A DNA stretch of 64,000 nucleotides, from assembly GCA_039818205.1 (NCBI GenBank), contig JBCBUK010000017.1, forward strand, positions 13,048-77,047, written 5' to 3'. Shown one piece after another: positions 19,085 to 27,374 of this stretch. Position 1 is the first letter of the stretch, and every line of letters starts with the position of its first letter. The notes under the pieces were generated by a model. The model was not told the DNA's origin, made no database searches, and saw only the letters and a program-made list of their open reading frames with translations. Origin of the DNA: Verrucomicrobiota bacterium (GTDB lineage: Bacteria > Verrucomicrobiota > Verrucomicrobiia > Opitutales > Cerasicoccaceae). The position numbers and the translations under genes are program-made.

Positions 19085-20242
19085 CTACTGCGAAAATATG
19101 TCGAAGACCTTTTTGTAGAGCAGCTTTTTTCCGTCGGCGATTGAACGTTCCCGCGTGTAATTTTCAGGCGCGATCGTATTGGCAGTTGTCTTGGGTGGTA
19201 GCTCCAAACCGCTTTCGACGATTCCTGCCATCACCTTTGCGGGCTTGCCCTGTCTTGATGCCTCCTTGAGGATCGAGCCCGGTCCTTTTCCTTGCAAAGA
19301 ACTTGCGTCAAAACGGCCTTCGCCGGTTACGATTAGGTCGGCCGCGGCAATCTTCTTCTTCAGATCCAGCCACTTCTCAACGAGGTCAAATCCGGGAATC
19401 AGCTGGGCGTCACAGGCCACGCTAAGGCCAAATGTAATTCCGCCCGCGGCGCCCGCACCGGGTTGCATCATTTCGGTGCGTTCTTTACCGAAGAAGCTGC
19501 AAAGCTGTTTTGCCATCTCACCAAATCCTTTTTCAAATTTGGAAATTTCGAGGGGCGTAAGGCCCTTCTGCGGGCCATAAACATTAACGGCTCCATTCGG
19601 TCCGAGCAGTGGATTCTGAACGTCGCAGGCTATGTGAATCGGCGGGATATGCGGCCAAATTTCTCCTCTCATGCGGGTCACCCGTGGCCAGTCGCGGGGC
19701 AGGGTGTGGTCCAGCGTGTCAAGACGCTCATCAAGTAGCTCTAAGCCAATCGCTTCAAGCGCACCGAGACCGAGGTCGATCGTGGCACTACCACCGACAC
19801 CGAGCAAGATGGCATTTGCTCCGGCATCAGCCGCTTCTGCGATGAGCTGGCCCGTTCCATAGGAGGTCGCTATCGAGGGATCACGCGCTTCTTCTGGAAT
19901 CGATTGTAGGCCGCTTGCTTGGGCCATTTCAATGATTGCTAGGCGCCCAAAAGAAGGTAGTCCGAGCATCTTGCGGGCAGCGTCGGGCACCTTGGCAGTG
20001 TCTACGTATCCCATTTCCGCCTGCAATGGCTCCAGCTGCGGTCCGATGATTGGTTTGCTAATTATCTCGCCGTAGAGAGCACGCGTCAAGATACGGCAGA
20101 AGCCTTCGCCGCCGTCCGCTAACGGAGCCACGGTAACTTCCCAGCTCGGATGCGCCTTCCGCAGAGCTTCTTGCGCAACGGCACACGCCTCGAAGGCGTT
20201 CATCGAGTCCTTAAATTTGTCAAATGCGAACAGAATATGCAT
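19085..20242 (-). CDS. glxK: Glycerate kinase (GlxK/GarK family)
   Basis: DKFKDS, PLADGGEG, IEMAQASGL, TSYGTGQLI, GVGGSATIDLG, GAGAAGG, TGEGRFD. Confidence 0.92.
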   Translation of the reverse strand: MHILFAFDKFKDSMNAFEACAVAQEALRKAHPSWEVTVAPLADGGEGFCRILTRALYGEIISKPIIGPQLEPLQAEMGYVDTAKVPDAARKMLGLPSFGRLAIIEMAQASGLQSIPEEARDPSIATSYGTGQLIAEAADAGANAILLGVGGSATIDLGLGALEAIGLELLDERLDTLDHTLPRDWPRVTRMRGEIWPHIPPIHIACDVQNPLLGPNGAVNVYGPQKGLTPLEISKFEKGFGEMAKQLCSFFGKERTEMMQPGAGAAGGITFGLSVACDAQLIPGFDLVEKWLDLKKKIAAADLIVTGEGRFDASSLQGKGPGSILKEASRQGKPAKVMAGIVESGLELPPKTTANTIAPENYTRERSIADGKKLLYKKVFDIFSQ

Positions 20243-20333
20243 GTTCTCGGGTCAAATACATCACCTGCTCTTCGCGCAGCAGATACGTGGTTCAACGCTG
20301 CTAAGTGAAGAAGGTCGCAGGGTAAGTGCAAGT

Positions 20334-21410
20334 TTAGTCTTCTTCTTTATCGCCAAAGAGAATGTTTTCGCTTTGAGCAAGAAATTGCTCTCTGGCTTTG
20401 ATGAGCTTTTCGGTTCTAGCCAGGGACTTCTCCCGGGTTGCAAGTTCCTCTTCTTTCTCACGCATTTGGGCACGCATCTGCTCCAATTCGGCCAATTCTT
20501 CGGGGGACGGACCGGCGCCGCCGCCACCTCCGCCTCCGCCGCCACCTTGCTTCTGGATGTCTTCACGCATCTGCTCGAGCTCGGTTTCGATTTCTTGGAG
20601 TCGTTGGCCTTTTTCAAAAAGACTTTCCTCACTTTCCTGGAGAAATAGTTCCCGCTCTTGGATGCTGGTCTCCATGGTTTGGAGCTCCATTTCTTTATTT
20701 TCAAGTTCTTCCTTTAAGCGCTGGAGTTCGGCTTGAGCCTCCGCGGAGAGTCCGCCGCCAGATTGATCTTTCTCAGCACTCTTGAGGGCTTCCATGCGCT
20801 CCTTCATGACCGTTTCCATGGTCTTCATCGCGCCTTCCTTGATTTCGAGCTCCGTCAATTTTTGTTTGAGGTTCTTCTCCCTTGCTTTGCGTCCCTCCAG
20901 TTCGTCCCGAACCACCTGCAGTTCAGCGTTCAAAGCCTCATTTCTCGCCTTGGCGTCCTCAAAGGAAGCCATGACGGTCTGCAAGCGTTCAAGCTCCTCA
21001 AGTAACTCTGGATTATTGCCGTTGGCGGTCGCGGTTTGTAGTCGGAGCTGGCGCTCCTCGATGCCTTTTTGGACAATGGCAATGAGCTCGTCCTCATCAT
21101 AGGGCTTCTCAATGAAGTCGTAAGCGCCCAACCGAAGCGCTTTCAGGACAAAGTCGCGGGATTCGGCGGCGGTCATCATCACGACGACGACCCGCGTATC
21201 CATGCTTTTGAGGTTAGCGAACAGCTCGAGGCCCGTCATCCCGGGCATCTCAATGTCGGAAAGAACCAGATCGATCTGGTTCTCTGCAAAAAGAGTTATC
21301 GCGTCTTCTCCCGAAAGGGCGTGCACCAACTCAATCCCGGTATCTTCGAAAACCAGATCGAGCATTTCGTGGACGCCTTCGATGTCGTCAACTATGAGGA
21401 CTTTTGCCAT
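20334..21410 (-). CDS. Response-regulator receiver domain fused to a long coiled coil (no DNA-binding or enzymatic output recognised)
   Basis: VLIVDD, DLVLSDIEMPGMTG, MTA, FIEKP, then ~230 aa of E/K/L/Q heptads with a poly-Gly break. Confidence 0.85.
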   Translation of the reverse strand: MAKVLIVDDIEGVHEMLDLVFEDTGIELVHALSGEDAITLFAENQIDLVLSDIEMPGMTGLELFANLKSMDTRVVVVMMTAAESRDFVLKALRLGAYDFIEKPYDEDELIAIVQKGIEERQLRLQTATANGNNPELLEELERLQTVMASFEDAKARNEALNAELQVVRDELEGRKAREKNLKQKLTELEIKEGAMKTMETVMKERMEALKSAEKDQSGGGLSAEAQAELQRLKEELENKEMELQTMETSIQERELFLQESEESLFEKGQRLQEIETELEQMREDIQKQGGGGGGGGGGAGPSPEELAELEQMRAQMREKEEELATREKSLARTEKLIKAREQFLAQSENILFGDKEED

Positions 21411-21602
21411 TATATTTAGAGCGTGTCTGTTACCATAGAAAATAGAGGCCTGCTACGGCAAGCGTTATGATACCCTACTGCTTCGTAAGCCCTTGCCACC
21501 TAATTCTTACCGAAGTGGGGTCAGATTCAATTAGTGTGAAGGATTCGGCAGCGCTTAATGATAATGTGATATATATTTAGGTAACTCAAATTAAGCAAAT
21601 TT

Positions 21603-21998
21603 ATGAAAATTTTACGATCTTTTACACTAATTGTCGCCTTTCTCGTGTTTTCTACGGCTCTATGTGCTCAATCGGGCCGGATTGCCACCCATACTCAAAT
21701 CTTTGAGAAATTGGACTCAACTAAGGTTCCGAGTTTGAAATTAAAGAAGGTCCCGCTTTCAAAGGTGATTGATTTACTCAACGAACAATCCCTTGAGCTC
21801 GATCCAGGACCCGTTGTTACCGGCGTCACTTTCATCAACTTAGATCAGGAGAAAGGTGACCCGTTGGTAAGTATTACCCTGCGTAACAGCAGTTTACGGA
21901 ACGCTGTCGACCTGACTACTCGGAGTATCGGTTACACCTGGGACCTGAAAGACGGCGCCGTCATTATTTTTGAGGAAAAAGAAAAAGTGCAGCGCTAG
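21603..21998 (+). CDS. Small exported protein consisting of a stand-alone secretin N0/STN-like domain
   Basis: Signal peptide; KLDSTKVPSL...VPLSKVIDLL..QSLELDP...GVTFI...DPLVSITLRNSSLRNAVDLTT..IGYTW...GAVII resembles N-terminal domains of verrucomicrobial PilQ/GspD secretins (from memory). Confidence 0.6.
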   Translation: MKILRSFTLIVAFLVFSTALCAQSGRIATHTQIFEKLDSTKVPSLKLKKVPLSKVIDLLNEQSLELDPGPVVTGVTFINLDQEKGDPLVSITLRNSSLRNAVDLTTRSIGYTWDLKDGAVIIFEEKEKVQR

Positions 21999-22103
21999 AT
22001 CGCGGAGATTGGCTCAAGCGCCGTCTCAGGGGGGCGAGTCGAGTTCGTGGACAAAAATCGTCTTTGCCTTTTAGAAGAATTTCCGAGGCAATATCTGCGT
22101 CCT

Positions 22104-23183
22104 ATGCGCCTGCTGCAATTGAACGTCGAAAACTTCCGAAATATAGCCTTTGCCTCCGTCGACCTTGGAGCGGAAAGCACGTTTCTGCTCGGATCGAATG
22201 GCCAGGGGAAAAGTAATTTGCTGGAGGCGGCGGGACTGATTACGGCCGTACGGTCATTCCGGACGACGGAGACTCGAGCAATGATTCGGCAGGGGGAAGC
22301 CCAAGGGCGGCTCCTTTACCACGTAAAGCACGAGCAACGAGGGGAGTGCGAGGTCGAGTTGGCGCTAGCAAGTGGGTCGAAGACCATCATGCTGGATCAA
22401 GAGACGATTGGCCGACTTGCCGATTTCATTGGGCTCTTTCCGGCGATTCCGCTCAGTTCGGAAGATATTCAGTTGCTTCGGGGCTCGCCGAGCCTGAGAC
22501 GCCGTGCCCTGGATCTCATGCTCGCAGCCACGGATCCAGAATATTTCCGGACGCTTTCGCGGTATCATCAAGCGCTCAAGGATCGCAATAAGCTCCTGAA
22601 AGACTCAGCTCCTGCGGAAAATCGGCGACCTTTTGAGCGACTGTTGGCCGCCGAGGCCGTAAAGTTAAACCGTGCTCGGCAGATTGGTATTCAGCAGGTG
22701 TCTGAGGCCTTGGTAGAATGCTACCAGGTTCTGTGCGGAATCGACGAGCAACCGGCGCTCCACTACAAAATGGACAGTCCGGCCGAAGATGAAACGGCTT
22801 ACTTGGCGATGCTGGTGCAAAACAGTCCACGAGACGAGGCGATTGGATCAACCCAGCGTGGACCGCATCGGGACGATCTCGTTTTTCGATTGAAGGGAAA
22901 GCCTGCGCGTGAGTATGCATCCGACGGCCAGCAACGTGGTTTGGTTGTCGCATTTCGTTTGGCGCAACTACGGTATTTTCAAAGCTGCACCCAGATAGCG
23001 CCGGTGGTGTTGGCCGATGATGTTCTTGGCGAGCTTGATCCAAAGCGACGCGACGGGTTCTGGCAGGCGGTTGGCAATGATTTGCAAGTCATCGCCACTG
23101 GCACCGAGCCACCCGTTGGCGATGCGCGCCAATGGCGGATTATCAAGGTTGAATCCGGTACCTTCGAGCCCCTTGCCCGGTAA
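22104..23183 (+). CDS. recF: DNA replication/repair protein RecF
   Basis: NFRN, GSNGQGKSNLLEA, RSFR, GPHRDD, SDGQQR, LADDVLGELD; start at ATG 22104. Confidence 0.96.
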   Translation: MRLLQLNVENFRNIAFASVDLGAESTFLLGSNGQGKSNLLEAAGLITAVRSFRTTETRAMIRQGEAQGRLLYHVKHEQRGECEVELALASGSKTIMLDQETIGRLADFIGLFPAIPLSSEDIQLLRGSPSLRRRALDLMLAATDPEYFRTLSRYHQALKDRNKLLKDSAPAENRRPFERLLAAEAVKLNRARQIGIQQVSEALVECYQVLCGIDEQPALHYKMDSPAEDETAYLAMLVQNSPRDEAIGSTQRGPHRDDLVFRLKGKPAREYASDGQQRGLVVAFRLAQLRYFQSCTQIAPVVLADDVLGELDPKRRDGFWQAVGNDLQVIATGTEPPVGDARQWRIIKVESGTFEPLAR

Positions 23184-23938
23184 TGGATTGGCTGGGCTTA
23201 ACGGCTGGTGATTGGGCATTCGCCCTGCTTGGAGCCCTGATGGTGGGGCTGGGTAAAGGCGGGCTTCCCGGCGCTGGTAACGTCACCATTTGGATTTTTG
23301 CGGAAATTTTCGGCGCTAAAGAGTCGGTGGGAATTCTGCTTCCTGTGCTTGTTTGCGCAGATACGGTGGCAATCGTTATCTACCGACGCCATGCTGATTG
23401 GAGTCTGGTTCGACGACTATTTCCGATCATGGGCATCGGAGTGATCTGCGGGTGGCTGCTTTTTGATGTCATCCCGGCCGCCGAGTTCTCTCTGGTGATG
23501 GGGTTTACGCTATTGCTGATGACACTTCTGCACTTTACCCGCCAGTGGATGTTGCGTAAGAAACAGGGGGATGATCCCGTGCCCCGTAGCCGTTGGTTTA
23601 TTTGGTTCACGGGACTCGCCGGCGGGCTAGCAACGATGCTGGCGAACGCGGCTGGACCGATTGCTGCCTTTTACCTCATGGCGGTGCGTTTGCCGAAATT
23701 TGCCTTCATTGGAACGTCGGCCTGGCTCTTCTTTTTAATCAACCTGTTTAAGATGCCTTTTCAGGCAGCTTCGAGCAATGTCACGCTTCATACGCTCAAG
23801 ATCAGCCTGCTATTGGGCCTTGCGGCAGCGCTTGGTTGCATGGTTGCGCCGCGCATCGTAAAACACATTCCTCAGAAGCAATTTGAGTGGCTAGTCTGGG
23901 CGGTAATTGTCTTCGCTGGAGTGCGCCTGATTTTTTAA
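23183..23938 (+). CDS. Sulfite exporter TauE/SafE family membrane protein
   Basis: GLGKGGLPG, G.LLP.L..AD, TMLANAAGP, FIGTSAWLF..INLFKMP; TAATG overlap with the recF stop. Confidence 0.88.
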   Translation: MDWLGLTAGDWAFALLGALMVGLGKGGLPGAGNVTIWIFAEIFGAKESVGILLPVLVCADTVAIVIYRRHADWSLVRRLFPIMGIGVICGWLLFDVIPAAEFSLVMGFTLLLMTLLHFTRQWMLRKKQGDDPVPRSRWFIWFTGLAGGLATMLANAAGPIAAFYLMAVRLPKFAFIGTSAWLFFLINLFKMPFQAASSNVTLHTLKISLLLGLAAALGCMVAPRIVKHIPQKQFEWLVWAVIVFAGVRLIF

Positions 23939-23958
23939 AAAAATCTCATTATCTGCGC

Positions 23959-23986
23959 TTGACGAAGCGCATCCTAACTGTAGGGT
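23959..23986 (+). promoter_or_regulatory. Probable sigma70 promoter of tRNA-Gln
   Basis: TTGACG-16 nt-TAGGGT ending 14 nt before the tRNA. Confidence 0.55.
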
Positions 23987-24000
23987 TACGCGCTTCCGTT

Positions 24001-24074
24001 AGGCCCATGGTGTAATGGTAGCACAGAGGTTTTTGGTACCTTTAGTTGGGGTTCGAGTCCCTGTGGGCCTGCCA
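24001..24074 (+). tRNA. tRNA-Gln(UUG)
   Basis: Cloverleaf: AGGCCCA/TGGGCCT acceptor, GAGGT-TTTTGGT-ACCTT anticodon arm (TTG), GGTTCGAGTCC T arm, encoded CCA. Confidence 0.96.
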
Positions 24075-24081
24075 ATTTTAT

Positions 24082-24117
24082 AAAAAATCCAGCGCTTTCC
24101 GGCGGCTGGATTTTTTT
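24082..24117. terminator. Bidirectional terminator between tRNA-Gln and the CYTH gene
   Basis: aaaaaatccagc...gctggattttttt. Confidence 0.8.
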
Positions 24118-24616
24118 ATACCGAGGTTAGTCCGTCTGACTTTTCCTCAGCGCTCCACTGCGAAAATGGGCGCTGGGCGAGCGCGGCATTCGTGTATTTT
24201 GGATCTTGGGTGACTTCTATGCTGACCCATGATGGTAATTCGACGCTCTCGCCTTCGGAATCCAGCTCGACTTCAGCTACAATGAGGCCCTCATTGTCTC
24301 CCGTGAAGATATCGACCTCCCAAACATGGCTTCCATGTTGGATCAGGTGGCGGGTCTTTTCGATCAGTGGTTGTCGACATAGCTTGGCAAGGATCTCTCG
24401 GCCATCGTCGATGGGGATCGGATACTCAAACTCCGAACGGCTCATGCCCTGGGTTGGGCCTTTAATCGTCAAAAAACAGTCGTTCTCTCCGGTGATCCGG
24501 ATCCGCACCACAGGGCCACTAGAATCAATATAGCCCTGGCTCATCGTCGTGTGCGATCCACTACTGGGTAATCGTTCAGGCTTCACGAGAAACTTACGTT
24601 CGATTTCGACGGGCAT
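24116..24616 (-). CDS. CYTH domain protein (inorganic triphosphatase / adenylate cyclase class IV fold)
   Basis: EIERKFLV, QGY, RIR, LTIKG, EFEY, IEKTR, WEVD.F, AEVEL. Confidence 0.95.
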   Translation of the reverse strand: MPVEIERKFLVKPERLPSSGSHTTMSQGYIDSSGPVVRIRITGENDCFLTIKGPTQGMSRSEFEYPIPIDDGREILAKLCRQPLIEKTRHLIQHGSHVWEVDIFTGDNEGLIVAEVELDSEGESVELPSWVSIEVTQDPKYTNAALAQRPFSQWSAEEKSDGLTSV

Positions 24617-24763
24617 GCTTAAAACGACAGTTATCGGTTGAGTATTGGCAGGCGAATATCCCTCAAAATTATTCAGGAATAACCCCGAGATTCAACGCTC
24701 TAATTTTCGATCCAATACCCCGATGCGAGAACACACTCGTGCAACCATCGAATTTTTTCGAAA

Positions 24764-27340
24764 ATGAATCTGAAATTATGCCTACCGGCATTTCTGCTGT
24801 TCATGGCTTCGGCCATTGCTGTAAATATTGAGTTTCGAGCGGACTCCCACCGCATCTACTGGGACTCAGTTTCGGACTACACCTACGTGGTCGAGCGTTC
24901 GACCAATCTGATCGACTGGAATGCAATTAGCCCAGTCCGTGTTGGCGATGGAAGTTCCCAGAATGTGGACGCGTCTTTGCCAACGGAAGACAACGTCTTT
25001 TACCGATTGCTCAAGATACCACCGACGGCTATTCAGAGTCCAGTGGTGGACGACAGCAGCCCGGAATACCTTAGCTGGATTGAAGAGAGTTCGGATGGAT
25101 CATTGCGATTCGAGTTCTATGCGCTGCTTGATAGCACCAACTTTGCAGACGTGCATTACCGAGTTAATGGAGATAGTTGGCTGAACCTGCGGATGGACGG
25201 CGATTTACCAAGACTTCACTATCAGACTCCGGCGTTGTCGGAAGGCGATGAAGTGGATTTTTATTTCACATTTGATGACGGCGGTCCCGTCGAAGATACG
25301 CCGACGCGTACCTATACAGTTGGTGCTGGTGGCAGCGGGAGCGATCCGGTGGATCCACCAACGGGATCCGAATACGAGGACGTGCTGTTCACGCCCCGAA
25401 CACCCTCAGATTACTCCCACGGTTTAACCTTTGCCAATGGGCAGGTGGATATCCGACTCAAAACCGGTGTCGACCCGGAGGAGATTATCGTGACCTATTC
25501 GATCAATGAGGGAAGCACGCCCGCTGGCAAAATGACGAAATCGGGTGACGAGTGGAGTTATCAAATTTCTGCTAGCGAAGGTGACACCCTGGAATACTGG
25601 TTTGAGTCGCGAACACCCGGGCACATCCGTAGCCCGCGCTTTGAGCGTGTCATCGGGTCTGCTCAGCCAGCCGACATCGAACCCGACGTCATCATTGCCG
25701 CAGGACGTTTTCGTGATCGGCATGAGAACGAATTGCGCTTCGATCCCTACGTGGATAACTACTTTGACCGCAGCTATTTTGGTTTGGTGCTGCTCGACTA
25801 CGGAAACTCGATCGACGTTACTTTTGATCCAGCGGAGCCGATGAATTTTGTCGACATCAAGCTGTTTGACCAACTGACAACCCCGCATGAAGAACGTGGT
25901 ATCGATGTGCGTGCCGATTATGATGAAGCGCATCGCATGTTTGAGGTCGATGACAAGTTCTACTGGCGCGTGGAGCCCTTGGACCTGGGGCAGTTTGTCG
26001 ATATGGAGTTTACGCTGCAGCGGACTCGAACCGGTCAGCAGTACTACACAGCAATCTTCCGCATGTTTCAAGGTGCGGGTGGTTTAACCCAACGGGTAAC
26101 CGACCAAGAAGCCTACAGCGGTGGCATGACTACGGTCGACGTATACAGCGAGTTGCAGTACGGGTTTTCCCAGGCGGCGCACAACATTTCTCCAGACAAT
26201 CTGCGGGACTTCCTGGCGGGAAAACGAATCTTCGACCAAGAGTTCACATCTGGCGACGGGCTAGGACCACTATACAATGCAACCTCATGCTTCTCCTGCC
26301 ATGTGAACGACGGTTCGGCGGCACCTCCAGGTTCGTTTTCTGAGATGATGCAGGGTATGTTGGTGAAACTAGCTGAACCGACGGTGTCCGGTCAGATTCC
26401 GCACCCGGAATACGGCGTGCAACTGCAAGACCGAGCGATTGAGGGCGAGCACGCCGAAGGACGCGGACACGTGACTTACAACGAGATTGCGGGACAATTT
26501 GACGATGGAACGAGCTATTCCTTGGCCGATCCGCAGTATTCATATTCGGGCTTACGAGGGCCGGGTTTCCTAACGGCTATTCATTCGCCACGGGTTGCTC
26601 CGAAGCTCATTGGTATGGGATTGCTTGAAGCGATCCCAGAGACAACGCTCAATGCCTGGGCAGATCCGACTGATGCAAACTTAGATGGCATTTCGGGCCG
26701 AGTGAACCAAGTGCCTAATCCTGAATCGGGTCTGACCGAAGCAGGTCGATTTGGCTGGAAGGCTTCCCAGAGTAGCACCCGTAATCAGGTGGCGATAGCG
26801 CTACGCGAAGATATGGGCATTAGTAACGTAGTTTATCCAGAGTCAGATGATTCAACCGAGCTCACCGAAACTGACTTTGAAGCAGCGGTCCATTACACCC
26901 AACTTCTGGGGCCGCCGCTTAGGCGAAACTGGGACGACAGTGATGTCTTAGCAGGAGAACAGCTCTTCACGACGCTCGATTGTGTCAGCTGCCATAAGCC
27001 AAGTGTCACGACTGGAAACGATCATCCAATAGCCGAACTACGGAATCAGTTGATCCATCCTTACACCGACCTGTTGCTGCACGATATGGGAGACGGTTTA
27101 GCGGATGAGGTGTCCGAGGGAGATGCCGAGGGGCGTGAGTGGCGAACAGCTCCGCTGTGGGGGATTGGTCGAACGGAAGAGGTGAGCGGGCATACGCGTT
27201 TCCTTCACGATGGCCGAGCCCGCAACCTAGAGGAGGCGATCTTATGGCACGGAGGTGAAGCGGAGGCGTCTCGCGATGCCTACAAAGGCCTGACTGCCGA
27301 CGAGCGTGCGCAGTTACTTAAATTTCTGGAGAGCCTCTAG
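24764..27340 (+). CDS. Secreted di-heme oxidoreductase-family (DUF1111/DHOR) protein with N-terminal accessory domains including CBM56-like modules
   Basis: Signal peptide; ADVHYRVNG...NLRM...GDEVDFYFTF module; DHOR core GLGPLYNATSCFSCH, GMGLLEAI, GRFGWKA, CVSCH, PYTDLLLHDMG, WRTAPLWGIG, FLHDGRARNLEEAILWHGGEA. Confidence 0.9.
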   Translation: MNLKLCLPAFLLFMASAIAVNIEFRADSHRIYWDSVSDYTYVVERSTNLIDWNAISPVRVGDGSSQNVDASLPTEDNVFYRLLKIPPTAIQSPVVDDSSPEYLSWIEESSDGSLRFEFYALLDSTNFADVHYRVNGDSWLNLRMDGDLPRLHYQTPALSEGDEVDFYFTFDDGGPVEDTPTRTYTVGAGGSGSDPVDPPTGSEYEDVLFTPRTPSDYSHGLTFANGQVDIRLKTGVDPEEIIVTYSINEGSTPAGKMTKSGDEWSYQISASEGDTLEYWFESRTPGHIRSPRFERVIGSAQPADIEPDVIIAAGRFRDRHENELRFDPYVDNYFDRSYFGLVLLDYGNSIDVTFDPAEPMNFVDIKLFDQLTTPHEERGIDVRADYDEAHRMFEVDDKFYWRVEPLDLGQFVDMEFTLQRTRTGQQYYTAIFRMFQGAGGLTQRVTDQEAYSGGMTTVDVYSELQYGFSQAAHNISPDNLRDFLAGKRIFDQEFTSGDGLGPLYNATSCFSCHVNDGSAAPPGSFSEMMQGMLVKLAEPTVSGQIPHPEYGVQLQDRAIEGEHAEGRGHVTYNEIAGQFDDGTSYSLADPQYSYSGLRGPGFLTAIHSPRVAPKLIGMGLLEAIPETTLNAWADPTDANLDGISGRVNQVPNPESGLTEAGRFGWKASQSSTRNQVAIALREDMGISNVVYPESDDSTELTETDFEAAVHYTQLLGPPLRRNWDDSDVLAGEQLFTTLDCVSCHKPSVTTGNDHPIAELRNQLIHPYTDLLLHDMGDGLADEVSEGDAEGREWRTAPLWGIGRTEEVSGHTRFLHDGRARNLEEAILWHGGEAEASRDAYKGLTADERAQLLKFLESL

Positions 27341-27374
27341 TGGGATCTCCGAGACGAATAATCCTCCAAGCGCC

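Noticed and set aside
20510-20545. (GCC/GGC)n-like run ccgccgccacctccgcctccgccgccacc
   Set aside because: It simply encodes the poly-Gly linker and is not a contingency repeat
20261-20704. 147-aa alternative-frame ORF rich in K/S
   Set aside because: It is an out-of-frame overlap of the receiver/coiled-coil gene
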